Shown in pieces: positions 1-11,357 of a stretch of 64,000 nucleotides of DNA; position 1 is the stretch's first letter; each line of letters begins with the position of its first letter. Under the pieces are notes generated by a model. That model was not told the origin of the DNA. It did not search any database and saw only the letters and a program-made list of their open reading frames with translations. Both the position numbers and the translations under genes were made by a program. This stretch comes from an uncultured Gemmatimonadales bacterium (GTDB taxonomy: Bacteria; ARS69). The DNA is taken from assembly GCA_963725045.1 (NCBI GenBank), contig CAVRWY010000002.1, forward strand, positions 238,864 through 302,863, written 5' to 3'.

Positions 1-1635
1 CGCGCGATTGCGGATGGAGCCCGGAGAGGTGACGTAGAGAATTTCGGGCTCGCCCTGCGCTGCGCAGCGCATGGTGAGGACGCCCAGGTCCGCCGAGCTC
101 GACACGAGATGGAACTCCTTGCGTTCGTGAAGGGAGGGTAGCTCGATCGGAAGCCAGAATAGGTCGGTGACCACGATTCGGCGAGGGTCTGTCGACGAGC
201 GCGGCGGCGATGCGGGCGGTCGCGGCACGCTTGTCGCGCAGGAGGACGAGCGAACGGGCCGACCAGAGCATGCCGATGGTGAGGAGGATGGCGAGCAGGG
301 AGAGGCGTGCGAGGTCGAGGCGCCGGCCGTCCGCAGTTCCGGCGGGAAGGAGCTGCGCGGCAAGCGCGGCGGCGAGAACCGGGAAGATCGGGAGCAGCAT
401 GCGCGGGCCGGGGTGGATTCCGGTGATCGAGCGCTCGGGAACGAAGAGGACGAAGAGCGCGATGAAGACGGCGCAGGCGACGAGCGGGAGATCGCTGCGG
501 CGGCGCGGGAGCAGCACGGCAAGCGCCCACGGTGCCACGACGAGCATCGAGTTCGAATGAATCAGCGCGAGGGCGCGATCCTCGCCGCCCGGGAAGCGGA
601 GGAACGCGAGCGTGGAGATGACCGCGAGCACGGCGAGGGCGGTGAGCTCGAGGGCCTGGGCGGCACGCGGGCTGCGAGGCGCGAGCGCGGGAGCAGCGAC
701 CAGCGCGGCGAAGACCGCGCCCGCGAGAAGCAGCGGCAGGCGCGCGAAGCCCGGATCCAGAAGAAGCGCGGCGAATGCGCGCGCCGCATGAAGCGCGAAC
801 GCCGGCCGATTCGCTTCGACGTGAACGCCCCACGGCGTTCCGGCCACCGCGAGATTCCACGCGAGAAGTGCAGCGATGCCGAGTGCGCATCCGACGCGCG
901 AAGCGCGCAATGGAGCGTGGCGCGCGCCGAGCGATCGCCATCGCAATGGCGACCGCGGCACAGAACAGCAGCATTTCTTCGCGCAGGAGCGCCGCGCCTC
1001 CCGCGAGAATTCCCGCGGTCATGGGACGAGCGCGCGCCGCGTCCGTGAGAGCGAGGATTGCGCCGGCGGCGAGGGCGGCGGTCGAGCGTGTGCTCCCAGA
1101 ACACGGACGAATAGAAGAGAAGCGGGGTCGCGAGCGCGGCGATTCCCGCCGCGAGCCAGCATCCCCCGGAAGATGCCCCGCGCCGTCGTGCGATCGCCCC
1201 GGCGAGCACGACGCATGCACCGCCGGCCAGTGCCGGGAGAATCCCCCGCCCGGCATCGCCTGCGATCTTCACGAACGGCAGCGCGAGCCACAGAAACGGG
1301 GACGTGTATTGCGAGAGGATGCGCCCGTCGGGAAGGACGGTGGCGTAGCGCTCGCGGCCGGTGAGCGGCATGGGGAAGAAGCGCAGCTCCGGGTCGCGCG
1401 CGATTCCGGGATAGTCGAGCCAAGGCCCGCCGCTTTGCACCATGCGGTCGAGAACCGCCGACTTTCCGGCATCGTCGACGGTCCAGGGGGCACGAGAGTC
1501 GCCGGCCCGCAGGAAGACGACAAACCCGAGGAGCGCGACCGCGGCTCCGACGGCCATCCAGCTCGGAAATCTGGCCGCCCCAGCTGGGAATTCCGCCGAT
1601 GGCTCCGTCTTCAATTCCAGGTCGATGCTCTCCAA
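1..1635 (-). CDS. Polytopic membrane protein, putative GT-C-like glycosyltransferase (3' end outside window, frameshifted)
   Basis: ORF 562..1764(-) has a TM helix followed by a DD motif (WTVDDAGK), a periplasmic loop, then TM helices with TPLLFYSSVFWEHTL. Hydrophobic coding continues in other frames to position 1. The start (TTG 1635 or ATG 1557) is uncertain. Confidence 0.55.
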
Positions 1636-1778
1636 GTCTCGCGAAGTGATCGGAATCGGCGAGCCGATGAGCCAGGGGTTGTAGCGGGTCGCTGAATCGT
1701 GCAGGATAGTGGAGTCTCGCGGAGGTGGCGAGCATCGCCGTCCCCACCCCAGCTTGCATTGCAAGAAGGGACACGACG

Positions 1779-4700
1779 ATGCTTTCGACTCATTTCATTG
1801 GTCTTGCGCTCCGCGTGACCGCGGGAGCGATCCTGCTGACATTTTCGGCGGCGGAGGCCCTCAAGCCTGCCGCGCGCGACTCGGACTCGTGGCCGCAAGG
1901 CCAGGCTTCCCGAACGCCGCAGAGCTCCATGCAGTTCACTCGTTCTTCCGGGGACATCGACTGGGTGCGAGTGCACCTGCCCGGTCAGTCTCCTTGTCCC
2001 CCGACGAGCGTCAACGGCTCCGACGAGAATCAAAGCGTCGAGCACGTGTGGTGCTTCGAAGGGGCCGCGGGCGATAGCTCCTGGCCCGCGGGCGATCCCG
2101 CGAACCCTTGGAAGCATTGGTCCCGGTTCGATCCGCCCAACGGCCCGTCGACGCGATGGCATCTGTCGCGAATGAACCCGAACGCGTCTTCCTGGAATGC
2201 GTGGGCGGGATGCGACAGCATCGTGGGAGTGCCGGGCTTTTCGAACAACGATGCGCTGTGCAACGACTTGTTCTTCTGGGATCGGAAAAAGGGATACGGC
2301 AACGATTGGAACTACGCGCTCGAGCTCCGCGCCGACGGAGCGCCGAATAGCGCCGGCTCCACGATCCGGTTCGATGTTCGCTACGACACGGAATGCAACT
2401 ACGACTATCTCTACGTGGAGTACTCGACGAACGCAGGCGTCGCTTGGAGCTTGGTGCGCAACTCCTATCCGAGCGGCATTCCCGCCGTGTTCAATGCCGT
2501 CTCGGGGAACGAGTGCCTCACCGAGGGCGGTACGGGGCGGTGCTGCGGAACCGATTACTTCGAGAACTCGGACCAGTTCAATCCCGGCGGAGGCAATGAG
2601 AACTGGAACGGGGACAATCACTCCCAGTGGATCGCGAACGTCACCTTCCCGATCCCCGGGAACGCGAGCGGCGGCGTACGCGTGCGTTGGCGCGCCTTCG
2701 CGGACGGCGCGTGGTCCGACGAAGATGGGAACGGCGATACGGACGGCCATTCCGCGGTCGACAATGTGGTGCTCACGGTGACCTCCGGCGGTAGTACGGC
2801 AGCCGACGACTTCGAGACGGGAACCGCGGCGCCGTTCTTCGGTCGGAGTGTTCCCGGCGAAACCATTCCCGGCGCAGTCCAATGGTTCCCGGGCGGATTA
2901 CTCGGCAACGATTACGACGGCTGGCATCTCCAGTTCGACCCGAAGTACACGAACCAGGGGAATTCGTGCAGCTTCAGTGATGACTGGATGTGGGCGGCGA
3001 AGCCAGCTGCCGGACCCATCCCGCCGTCGGCCAGCGGATTCGACTTCTTCCTGGTAAGCCCTTCGATCCCGTGTGCGGGGTGGACAGGCGGGCTCGTCGA
3101 GTACGCGACGTACCATTGCATACCATCGAGCGCCGGACTCATCGCCAAGGGCGAGGTGGTGCGCTACTTCGACTCCACCTTGGGTTGGTCACCCTGGCAG
3201 GATGACGGATTCGTGATCTTCGATCCGGGATGCATGAGCTGGAACATGCAAAGACCGATCGACCTTTCTCCTTATCTCGGTGCGACGGTGGACTCCATTC
3301 AAGTCGGATGGGAGTTGGCGGACTTCAATCAGCCCGGTGACTTCGAGTGGGGCAAGCACAACGCCGTGCAATTCCTCATCGACAATGTGTCGTTCGGCAG
3401 CTTCGATGGGAACCGCACCGTGTTCACGGCCCGTTCCATCGATCAGTTCGCCGACACGTTCTCGCTCTCCGATCCGGCGCACACGTCGTTCTTGGCCAAT
3501 GCTGATCAAGGCATCTGGTCGGGATTGAGCGCCGCGCCGCCGGGAACGCGTGACTTCGCGGATTCAGACTCGCTGAGCGTCGGAGTTCAGGATCGCGACG
3601 GAGTGCTGGCGGCGAACGTGGATCTCTGGTGGCGGCACGACGACGGCGGCTCGGGGTCGTTCGGGTCGTTCGCGAAGGTCGACATGTCGTTCGCGGTCCC
3701 CGATCCACTCTCGCCGACCGACGAAGGCATCTATCGAGCGATCATCGGCGCGGACGACGGCGGTGCGGAAGACGTCAGCGGAGCGGCGAACGATCGCAAG
3801 ATCTGGAAGGCCGGCACCACCGTGCAGTACTACGTGAAAGTGATCGACGTCGCGTCGAACGCCGCCGTGTTCCCGAATACGGCCGACGATGCCACGCCGA
3901 TCTACGATCATTTCTCCGTCCTTCCGCTCGGCAACACCACGCCGGCCGGACAGCGCGTGCTGCTCGTCGACGACGCGCGCGTGGAGACGCTCGACTTCGA
4001 GCATTCCAACGGCTTCGATCCCAACGGCGGGATGGGATCCGGGTGGTTCTCGGATCCGGCGTTCAATGCGCCGGTGGGCCTGCAGTTCGAGGAAGCGCTC
4101 GCACTCCTCTTCGGCGGAAGTCCCGCCGCCCCAAGTGGGATACGTATCGCGTCCCGGGCGCGAACTCGTCGGTCCAAGTCGAGCCGAACGGGATCGCCAA
4201 GCCGGTGCTCGGAGTCGGTGGTTACATGACCGCGTCCGGCGTTCCCGAGTACGATGTGTTGATCTGGCCGCAAGCACATCTCAGGGGCATCGTGTTCGCA
4301 GACACGACGCGGCTGGAGCTGCGCACGTTCCTGGACAAGCGGGGACGCCTTCTGGTGAGCGGCGACAACGTCGCAGGGGGAACGGATCCCGCGTTTCTGG
4401 CCGATTACCTGGGCACTTCCTTCCCGATCGAAGGCGGACGACGACACCGAGGATCTCGTGCTGAACTCGACCGGGGTCGCGGGGACGTCGTTGGCGGGCG
4501 TCGAGGTCGGGCTCTACGGGGACTGCGGCTTCCGCCGAGAGCTTCGACCGGCTGACGCTGGCGCCGCCCGCGGTCGGCTCGCAAAATCTGGTGATCGCCA
4601 CGTACACGGATGGGGGTGCATCCGACAACGGACGCGCGAGCACGATTCGCAATGTCCGCCGCGGAGTCGATGGGGTGTTCGGAACTCCGGACGACGGAGT

Positions 4701-5139
4701 CGCCGCGCTCTTCGGCTTCGACCTCACCGCAATGCTCTCGGATGCGGCGCGGGCATGCGTCCTGGGACGCGTGCTTTCGCAAGACATGGGAATTCTGATC
4801 CCGGCCGGAAATCTCTCCTGCGTCGCGAACGGGGTCGACGCGCCCATCGCCGCGGCGTCCTACGGCTTCTCGCTCGCCGGCGGGACGCCGAATCCCTTCG
4901 CGTCGACGACCAGCATTCGGTTCTCGCTGGCGGCGCGGACTGCGGTCCGCGTCGACGTGTACGACGTGCTCGGTCGCCGGGTGCGCACTCTGGCGAACGA
5001 GCGGCTCGACCCCGGTACTCACGTGCGCGACTGGGACGGTCGCGAAGATTCCGGGGCGCGCGCGACGAACGGTGTGTACTTTGTGCGAATGGCTGCGGGC
5101 ACGTTCGAAGCGACGCAGAAGCTCGTGATGTTGAAGTAG
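1779..5139 (+). CDS. Large secreted Cys-containing protein (~1100 aa) with immune-inhibitor-A/MAM-like jelly-roll segment and C-terminal FlgD-Ig domain; paralog 1 (frameshifted)
   Basis: Signal peptide MLSTHFIGLALRVTAGAILLTFSAAEA; FDVRYDTECNYDYLYVEYSTNAG motif; C-terminus PNPF...WDGR...GVYFVRM...TQKLVMLK. Joins ORFs 1725..4229, 3629..4555, 4458.. and 4591..5139, and is collinear with paralog 2. Confidence 0.8.
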
Positions 5140-5158
5140 TCTCGTTCTTTGTATTCCG

Positions 5159-5182
5159 AGGGGGCGGTCGGCCCGCCCCCTT
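5159..5182 (+). terminator. GC-rich hairpin after paralog 1 (weak terminator or stability hairpin)
   Basis: AGGGGGCGG-tcggc-CCGCCCCCT 20 nt after the stop codon, with only a short T tail. Confidence 0.4.
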
Positions 5183-5223
5183 GCCGTCCCCTCCTCCTTG
5201 CTCCAGCAAGAAGGAATGCGCCC

Positions 5224-8200
5224 GTGCTGAGGATTGACACCATCCGCGTCGCCCTTCTGGTGTCTGCATTCACGGCCTGCTGGATTGGCGTGACGGTGGC
5301 GCGAACGCCAGCGCCCTCCGATGATCAGCAGCAAGGCACGTCTCGCGAGGGGGGCGATCTCCCACAGTTCATCCACTCCGGCGGAGACACGACTTGGATC
5401 CGGGTTCATCCACCCGGCGCGTCGCCTTGCTCTCCTGCGGATATCGAAGATTCAGGCGCGGGACAGACGATCGAACACGTTTGGTGCTTCGAGGGTCCGG
5501 GCGGCGACAGCACTGGGAGAGCGATCCCAGCGGCAGTACCTGGAACCACTGGTCGAAGTTCGATCCGCCGGTGACACCGGCTTCCAAGTGGCATATGTCG
5601 CGTATGAATCCGAACGCGTCCAAGTGGAACGCGTGGGCCGGCTGCGACAGCATCGTCGGGTCGCCGGGTTACTCGAACAACGACGCGGCGTGCAGCGACA
5701 TCGACTTCTGGATCCGCCAGAAGGGCTACGGCGACGACTGGAACTACGCGCTGGAGCTCCGCGCGGCGGGAACGACGAAAGGCGCGTCCACCATCAAGTT
5801 CGACGTCCGCTACGACACCGAATGCAACTACGACTACCTGTACGTCGAGTACTCGACGAACAGCGGAACGACCTGGTCGTTCCTGCGTAAGGCGTATCCG
5901 TCCGGACCTCCCGCGGTGTTCAACTCGATCTCCGGGAACCACTGCATCACCGAGGGTGGAACGGGCCGCTGCTGCGGGACGGACTTCTTCGAGAACTCCG
6001 ACCAGTTCAATCCTGGCGGCGGCAACATCAACTGGAACGGCAGCAACCACTCCGAGTGGATTGCGAACGTGACGTTCACGATTCCGGGAAAGCGGCGGCG
6101 GAATTCGAGTCCGCTGGCGTGCGTTCTCCGACGGTGCCTGGTCCGACGAGGACGGCAGGAGACACGGACGGCCACTCGGCGGTCGACAACATCGTCCTCA
6201 CGGTCGACGACGACGGTACGGCGGCGGAGACGTTCGAGACGGAACGAACGGCGTTCATCTGACAACCGCGCGTGGCCGGCGAGACCATTCTCGGACGCCG
6301 GTCACGTTCGTCCGGCGACTCATCGGTGAGACCTACGACGGGTGGCACCTCGAGTTCGATCCGAAGTACTCGAACAAGGGCAACACCTGCGATTTCTCGG
6401 ATGACTGGATGTGGGCGGCGAAGCCGGCGGGCGGAGCGATCCCGGCCAACGGGTTCAACTTCTTCCTCGTTTCTCCGCGCATCAATTGCAACAATGGACG
6501 GGCGGAGTCGTGGAGTACGCTGAGTACCTCTGCTTGGACCCGCAGTCCACGACTACACGACCCAGCTCGTCCGTCTTTTGACGCGGCGAACCGGCTGGTC
6601 GCCGTGGGGTCCGAACGACTTCGAGGACTTCGGGTTGCGAGTTCTGGAACATGAACCGAACGACGACATCTCCCGTTTCCTGGGCACTTCGATCGATTCG
6701 CTTCAGGTTGCCTGGGAAATGCTCGACATCAACAAGCCCGGCGACTTCGAATGGGGCAAGCACGGTAGTGCAATACCTCATCGACAACGTGTCGTTCGGA
6801 AGCTTCGACGGTCAGGGAACGCACGTGTTCACGGCCCGCGCCATCGACATCTTCGCAGACACGTTCTCTCGCTCGGATCCCGCGCACACGCCGTTCCTCC
6901 AGAACGCCGAACAGGGCATCTGGCGGGGGTGATACGGTCGCGCCGGCGACCCGCGATTTCGCCAACGCCGATTCACTCAGCGTGCAAGTCCAGGATTTCA
7001 ACGGCGTGAATGCGTCGAACGTCGACCTCTGGTGGCGTCACGACAACGGCGGCGTGGCCTTTGGTGCGTTCAACAAGATCGACATGTCGTATGCGGTTCC
7101 GGATCCGCTCTCTCACGGATGAAGGCACGTACCGTGCCATCATCGGTCGGGACGACGGCACGGTGAATGACGCCTTCCCGCCGGCGGGCAACCGCCTCAT
7201 CTGGAAGGCAGCGACGACGGTGCAGTACTACTCGAAGGTGACCGACAACGGGGCGAACGTGCAGGTCTGGCCGAATACGGCAGACGATGCGTCGCCGATC
7301 TACTTCGAGTTCTCGGTGCTTCCGTTCGGCGAACTCACTCCGAGTGCACAGAGGATCCTTCTCGTGGACGACGTCGGCGGTCGCACCGCGGTCGACTTCG
7401 AGAACTCAGACGGATTCGTTGCCACCGGCGGTGCAGGCTTCGGGGACTTCGAAGAACCCGTCTTCGACGTACCGGAGAACCTGATCGAAGGTGCGCTGAC
7501 GCTTCTGTTCGGTGGATCCGAGACGGCTCCAAACTGGGACAAGTACGACGTCCAGGGTGCCGGATCGAGCGTGCAGTGCGAGCCTCGCGGCACGTCAAAC
7601 ACGTCGCTGGGTCTCGGTGGATTCATGTCGGATCTCGGCGCACCGCTGTACGACGTTCTGATCTGGCCGCAGCTGGATCTGGATGCGTACTCGTTCGCCG
7701 ATACGACCCGCCTCGAGCTGAAGACGTATCTCGACCGGAACGGGAACCTGTTCGCGACCGGTAACGAGATTGCGTTCCACCACGGCGCTGGCGGTAACAA
7801 CGCGGACTCCACGATCGGCTTCCTTGGCGACTACCTCGGGATCTCGTTCCCGAACGCCGCGGACGACGAGACGTTGGATCGCGTGCTGAACACCACGGGA
7901 GCCGCCGGGACCTCGCTCGCGAACGTCGAGCTGGGTGTCTACGGTGAGTGCCCGCGTCGGTGGTCGTTCGACAAGCTCACGCTGTCGGCTCCGGCCATCG
8001 GTTCTCAGAACACCATCCTCGCCAACTACACGGACAGCTCTCAGCCGGCTGACAACAACCGGGCTTCCGTGATCAAGAACGTCCGACGCGGAATCGACGG
8101 AACGTTCGGTACTCCGGACGACGGCGTTGCCGTCACCACCGGGTTCGACGTTTCGGCGCTCCTCTCGGATGCCGCACGCGCGTGCTTGATGGGACGCGTC

Positions 8201-8563
8201 CTGTCGCAGGATATGGGCATCGTGATTCCCCCGGGCCACATCCCCGGGTGCATCGGCACGGATGCTCCCGTCGTCGCAGCGTCCTACGGCTTCTCCCTCG
8301 CCGGCGGGACGCCGAATCCTTTCGCGTCATCGACCAGCATTCGATTCTCGCTGCCGGCGCGGAGTGGGGTGCGCATCGATGTGTTCGACGTGCTCGGCCG
8401 CCGCGTTCGCACTCTGGCGAACGAGCCACTGGACGCGGGCGTTCACCTGCGTCACTGGGACGGCCGCGAGGAATCCGGGGCACGCGCCACGAACGGCGTG
8501 TACTTCGTGAGGATGACGGCGGGAAACTTCGAAGCGACTCAGAAGTTGGTGATGTTGAAGTAG
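5224..8563 (+). CDS. Large secreted protein with FlgD-Ig C-terminal domain; paralog 2 (several frameshifts)
   Basis: GTG start after AAGGA, then a signal peptide. Same motifs as paralog 1 (HVWCFEG, SRMNPNAS, DTECNYDYLYVEYSTN, GRCCGTD, DDWMWAAKP) and an identical last 8 residues. Joins ORFs 5149, 5394, 6409, 6578, 6651 and 7010. Confidence 0.8.
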
Positions 8564-8589
8564 CCGGCGCCGTTCTCATCGTCAGGTAG

Positions 8590-8634
8590 AAACGAAAGGG
8601 CCCCGGAGGTTCCCCTCCGGGGCCCGAATCGTTT
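8590..8634. terminator. Bidirectional intrinsic terminator between convergent genes
   Basis: GGGCCCCGGAGG-ttcc-CCTCCGGGGCCC stem flanked by AAACGA/TCGTTT. Confidence 0.7.
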
Positions 8635-8673
8635 GCACGCGACGCGACGGCGTCGTGTGCTGTTGCATCACTC

Positions 8674-9492
8674 CTATCGATACAAACCCTTCACACGTCC
8701 CCAGCTTGCCGCGTCCACCGAAACCGGCTCGCACAGATCATTGAACGTGATGTCCTTCCAATCGGCCGTGAGCGCTGCATTCGGGTTCCCGGCCTGCAGG
8801 AACGGCTGGAAGTGTCCGCCCGCCTGCGAGTCGTTCAGGATTCCCCAAAGCCCGTAGGGCGGGTCTTCGTCGGGATTGCCCTCGTCGAATGCGAGCGGCC
8901 CGCTGGTGTAGTGGTTCCCTTGATAATCGATTTCGTACTCGATCGTGCCCGGGCTCCCCAGCGAAAGCCCGTTCGGCAGATACGTGATGTGCAGGCCAAT
9001 CTCCGTGCCCTTCGTGTAATGCAGCCCGTGCTGCGCGGTGAACGAGTAGAACGGAAGCCGTCCTCCGAAGCAGGCGATCTCACCGTCCGTCGTGCGGACG
9101 TTGAAGCGACCATCCGTGTCGGAGTACCACGGGGAGATCTGCAATCCGCCTTCTCCCTCCGCAGGGCCGAAGACCGAGAGGGTCGCCGCGAACTCGAAGC
9201 AGGAATTGTTCGGGAAGAGCACCCCGGTGGCTCCGTCTTCCGAGAACTGCCACAGGTGCAAATTGGCGAAGCCGGCGCAGGACAAGTTCGCATCCTGGAT
9301 GAGGATCCCGGCGGGATAGAGATTCTGCGTCGTCAAGACCGAGAACGGGCAGTCGTTGAACACGCGCAGCAAAAGCACGGCGCTGTTCGGGCTCGGCGTC
9401 TGTGCGACGGCCGCCGTTCCGATGAATGTTCCGACCGCGAGCGCGAGAAGCGCCCCGCCGGCCGAACGAAACGAGTGGTTGCGAAGGCTCAT
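8674..9492 (-). CDS. Secreted protein (272 aa) ending in SWGRVKGLYR motif
   Basis: AGGAG RBS; ATG 9492; signal peptide ...ALLALAVGTFIGTAAVA-Q; beta-rich mature part; C-terminus CEPVSVDAASWGRVKGLYR. Confidence 0.8.
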   Translation of the reverse strand: MSLRNHSFRSAGGALLALAVGTFIGTAAVAQTPSPNSAVLLLRVFNDCPFSVLTTQNLYPAGILIQDANLSCAGFANLHLWQFSEDGATGVLFPNNSCFEFAATLSVFGPAEGEGGLQISPWYSDTDGRFNVRTTDGEIACFGGRLPFYSFTAQHGLHYTKGTEIGLHITYLPNGLSLGSPGTIEYEIDYQGNHYTSGPLAFDEGNPDEDPPYGLWGILNDSQAGGHFQPFLQAGNPNAALTADWKDITFNDLCEPVSVDAASWGRVKGLYR

Positions 9493-9656
9493 GGAAAGGC
9501 TCCTGTTGTAATGGGCTCGGAATCCTGTGAAACGAGGGCACGGCTCGATGATCGAGGCCTCGACAGTAGCCCATGCGAGGGGGCCAATGCTAGGGGCATG
9601 GATCCCTCGAGGTCCGGAGGGAGGAGCGCCATCGGGCTCTGTGCTACGTTTCCGCC

Positions 9657-10413
9657 ATGCGCCGCGACGACCTCGTTCGATTCCTCGACGACCTTCTCGA
9701 CGTCTCCTCCATTCCCGACTACGGACCACAGGGACTTCAGGTGGAGGGCAAGGAGGAGGTGCGCAAGGTGGCGGTCGGCGTTTCCGCGTCCGCCGAGCTC
9801 TTCCGCCGCGCGGTCGAAGCGCAAGGCCGACGCGGTGATCTGCCATCACGGAATGCTCTGGGATCGCGATTCGAGGGTGGTTCGCGGCCGCCTCAAGGAG
9901 CGCCTGCAGCTTCTTCTCGATCACGGAATCACGCTTCTCGCGTATCACTTGGCGCTCGATGCGCACGAAGAGCACGGCAACAACGCGCTCATCGCGCGCG
10001 CACTGGAGCTCGTCGACGTGGAGCCGTTCGCCGAGTACCGCGGCACGAAGATCGGGCGCCGCGGACGATTGCGCGAACCGCTTTCGCACGGGGCATTCGT
10101 CGATCGCGTGCAGCGCTTGTTCGGCGGCGATCCACTGGTGTTCGCGTTCGGTCCTGATCCGGTGCGCACGCTCGGTGTCGTTTCCGGCGGCGCACAAGGG
10201 GAGATCGATCAGGCGATCGACGCGGGCGTCGATGCCTATCTCACCGGCGAAGCGTCCGAGTTCATCCAGGAAACGGCGCGCGAGGGGAAGATCACGTTCG
10301 TGGCCGCGGGCCACTACCGGACCGAGACGTTCGGTGTTCGCTCGCTCGCCGAGCGCATCGCCCGCGAGCACGGGCTCGACACGGTTTTCCTGGACGTGCC
10401 GAACCCGGTCTGA
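9657..10413 (+). CDS. Nif3-like dinuclear metal centre protein (YbgI / GTP cyclohydrolase I type 2 family), one frameshift near 9820
   Basis: DYGPQGLQVEG, ICHHG, YHLALDAH, GNN, SGGA, YLTGE and AGHYRTE motifs. Confidence 0.9.
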
Positions 10414-10446
10414 GCGCGGCCCGCCCGGAGCCGCGGCGGCGCTCCG

Positions 10447-11141
10447 CTACTTGAAGAACTGCTCGCGCAGGTTGCGCTCGTCCGGAATGCCGAGCGCCAT
10501 CGCTTTCTCGAAGTGCGTGCGCGCCCGCGTCATGTCGGACTGGGTGAGCATGAACGAAAGCGCGTAGTGCGCTTCCCCGTACTCGGGATCCGCGGCCACC
10601 GCCTTCTCGTACAGCTCCGTGGACTTGGCCATTCCGCCGCCGGTGTTGAAATGGTCGTAGGCCAGCACGCGATACGCGGGCGCGAAATCCGGCTTCGCCG
10701 CGAGAACTTTCTCCATCGCGGGAATGGCCTCGCGCGTAGCGGCGTATGGCCTTGTCGTTCGAGAACGAGAATCGAAAGCCCCGCTCGAACTCGGCACGAA
10801 GCGCAGGATCGTCGAGGCGCGCGAGCGCGTGATCGAGCTCCTGCTTGCTGCCGATGCCGGTGAGCTTCAGTGGAATTTCGACACCCGTCTCGATCTCTTC
10901 CGACGTCCCCGACGCGCTGGGCATGCCCGGGGGAGGCATGCGCATGGGCTCGGCGATCGCGGCTTCTTTCGAAACGGCCGCCATCCGAAGTGCTCGGCGA
11001 GCTTTCGCTCCCCGGCAGCGGCGCCTTTTCCGATTTCCCGCAACCGCAGGCCGTGACGAGGGCTAACGCGCCGGCCAGCACTCTCGCGCGCGCTGCGAAA
11101 TTCGATCTCGATCCATGATTCGTTCGAACGTTCGTCACCAA
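10447..11141 (-). CDS. Putative lipoprotein with C-terminal TPR repeats (frameshifted)
   Basis: Lipobox-like LVTACGC after GGAGG RBS. The C-terminal piece has TPR patterns (KPDFAPAYRVLA, DPEYGEAHYALS, ARTHFEKAMALG). Confidence 0.65.
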
Positions 11142-11357
11142 GCGTTCCCTCCGCGCATCAACCTAGGACGTCTGGGGAAAGCGCGCAAGCGGCGCAGCCC
11201 TTCTCGGGGGGAGCGCGTCAGCCACCGCCAAAATCATTCAGGTTCCGCTCCTTCCCGCCGATAGGACCTCACGAGATGCGATGGACCGACCCGGTTCGCC
11301 GCGAGCCTTTCGGAAGACGGGAAGGCGGCCGGGCCTTCCTCGCTGGGAGGTGCCTCG

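Noticed and set aside
4860-5139. Flagellar hook-capping gene flgD
   Set aside because: Only the FlgD-like Ig domain is present, as a C-terminal appendage of secreted proteins; these are not flagellar genes.
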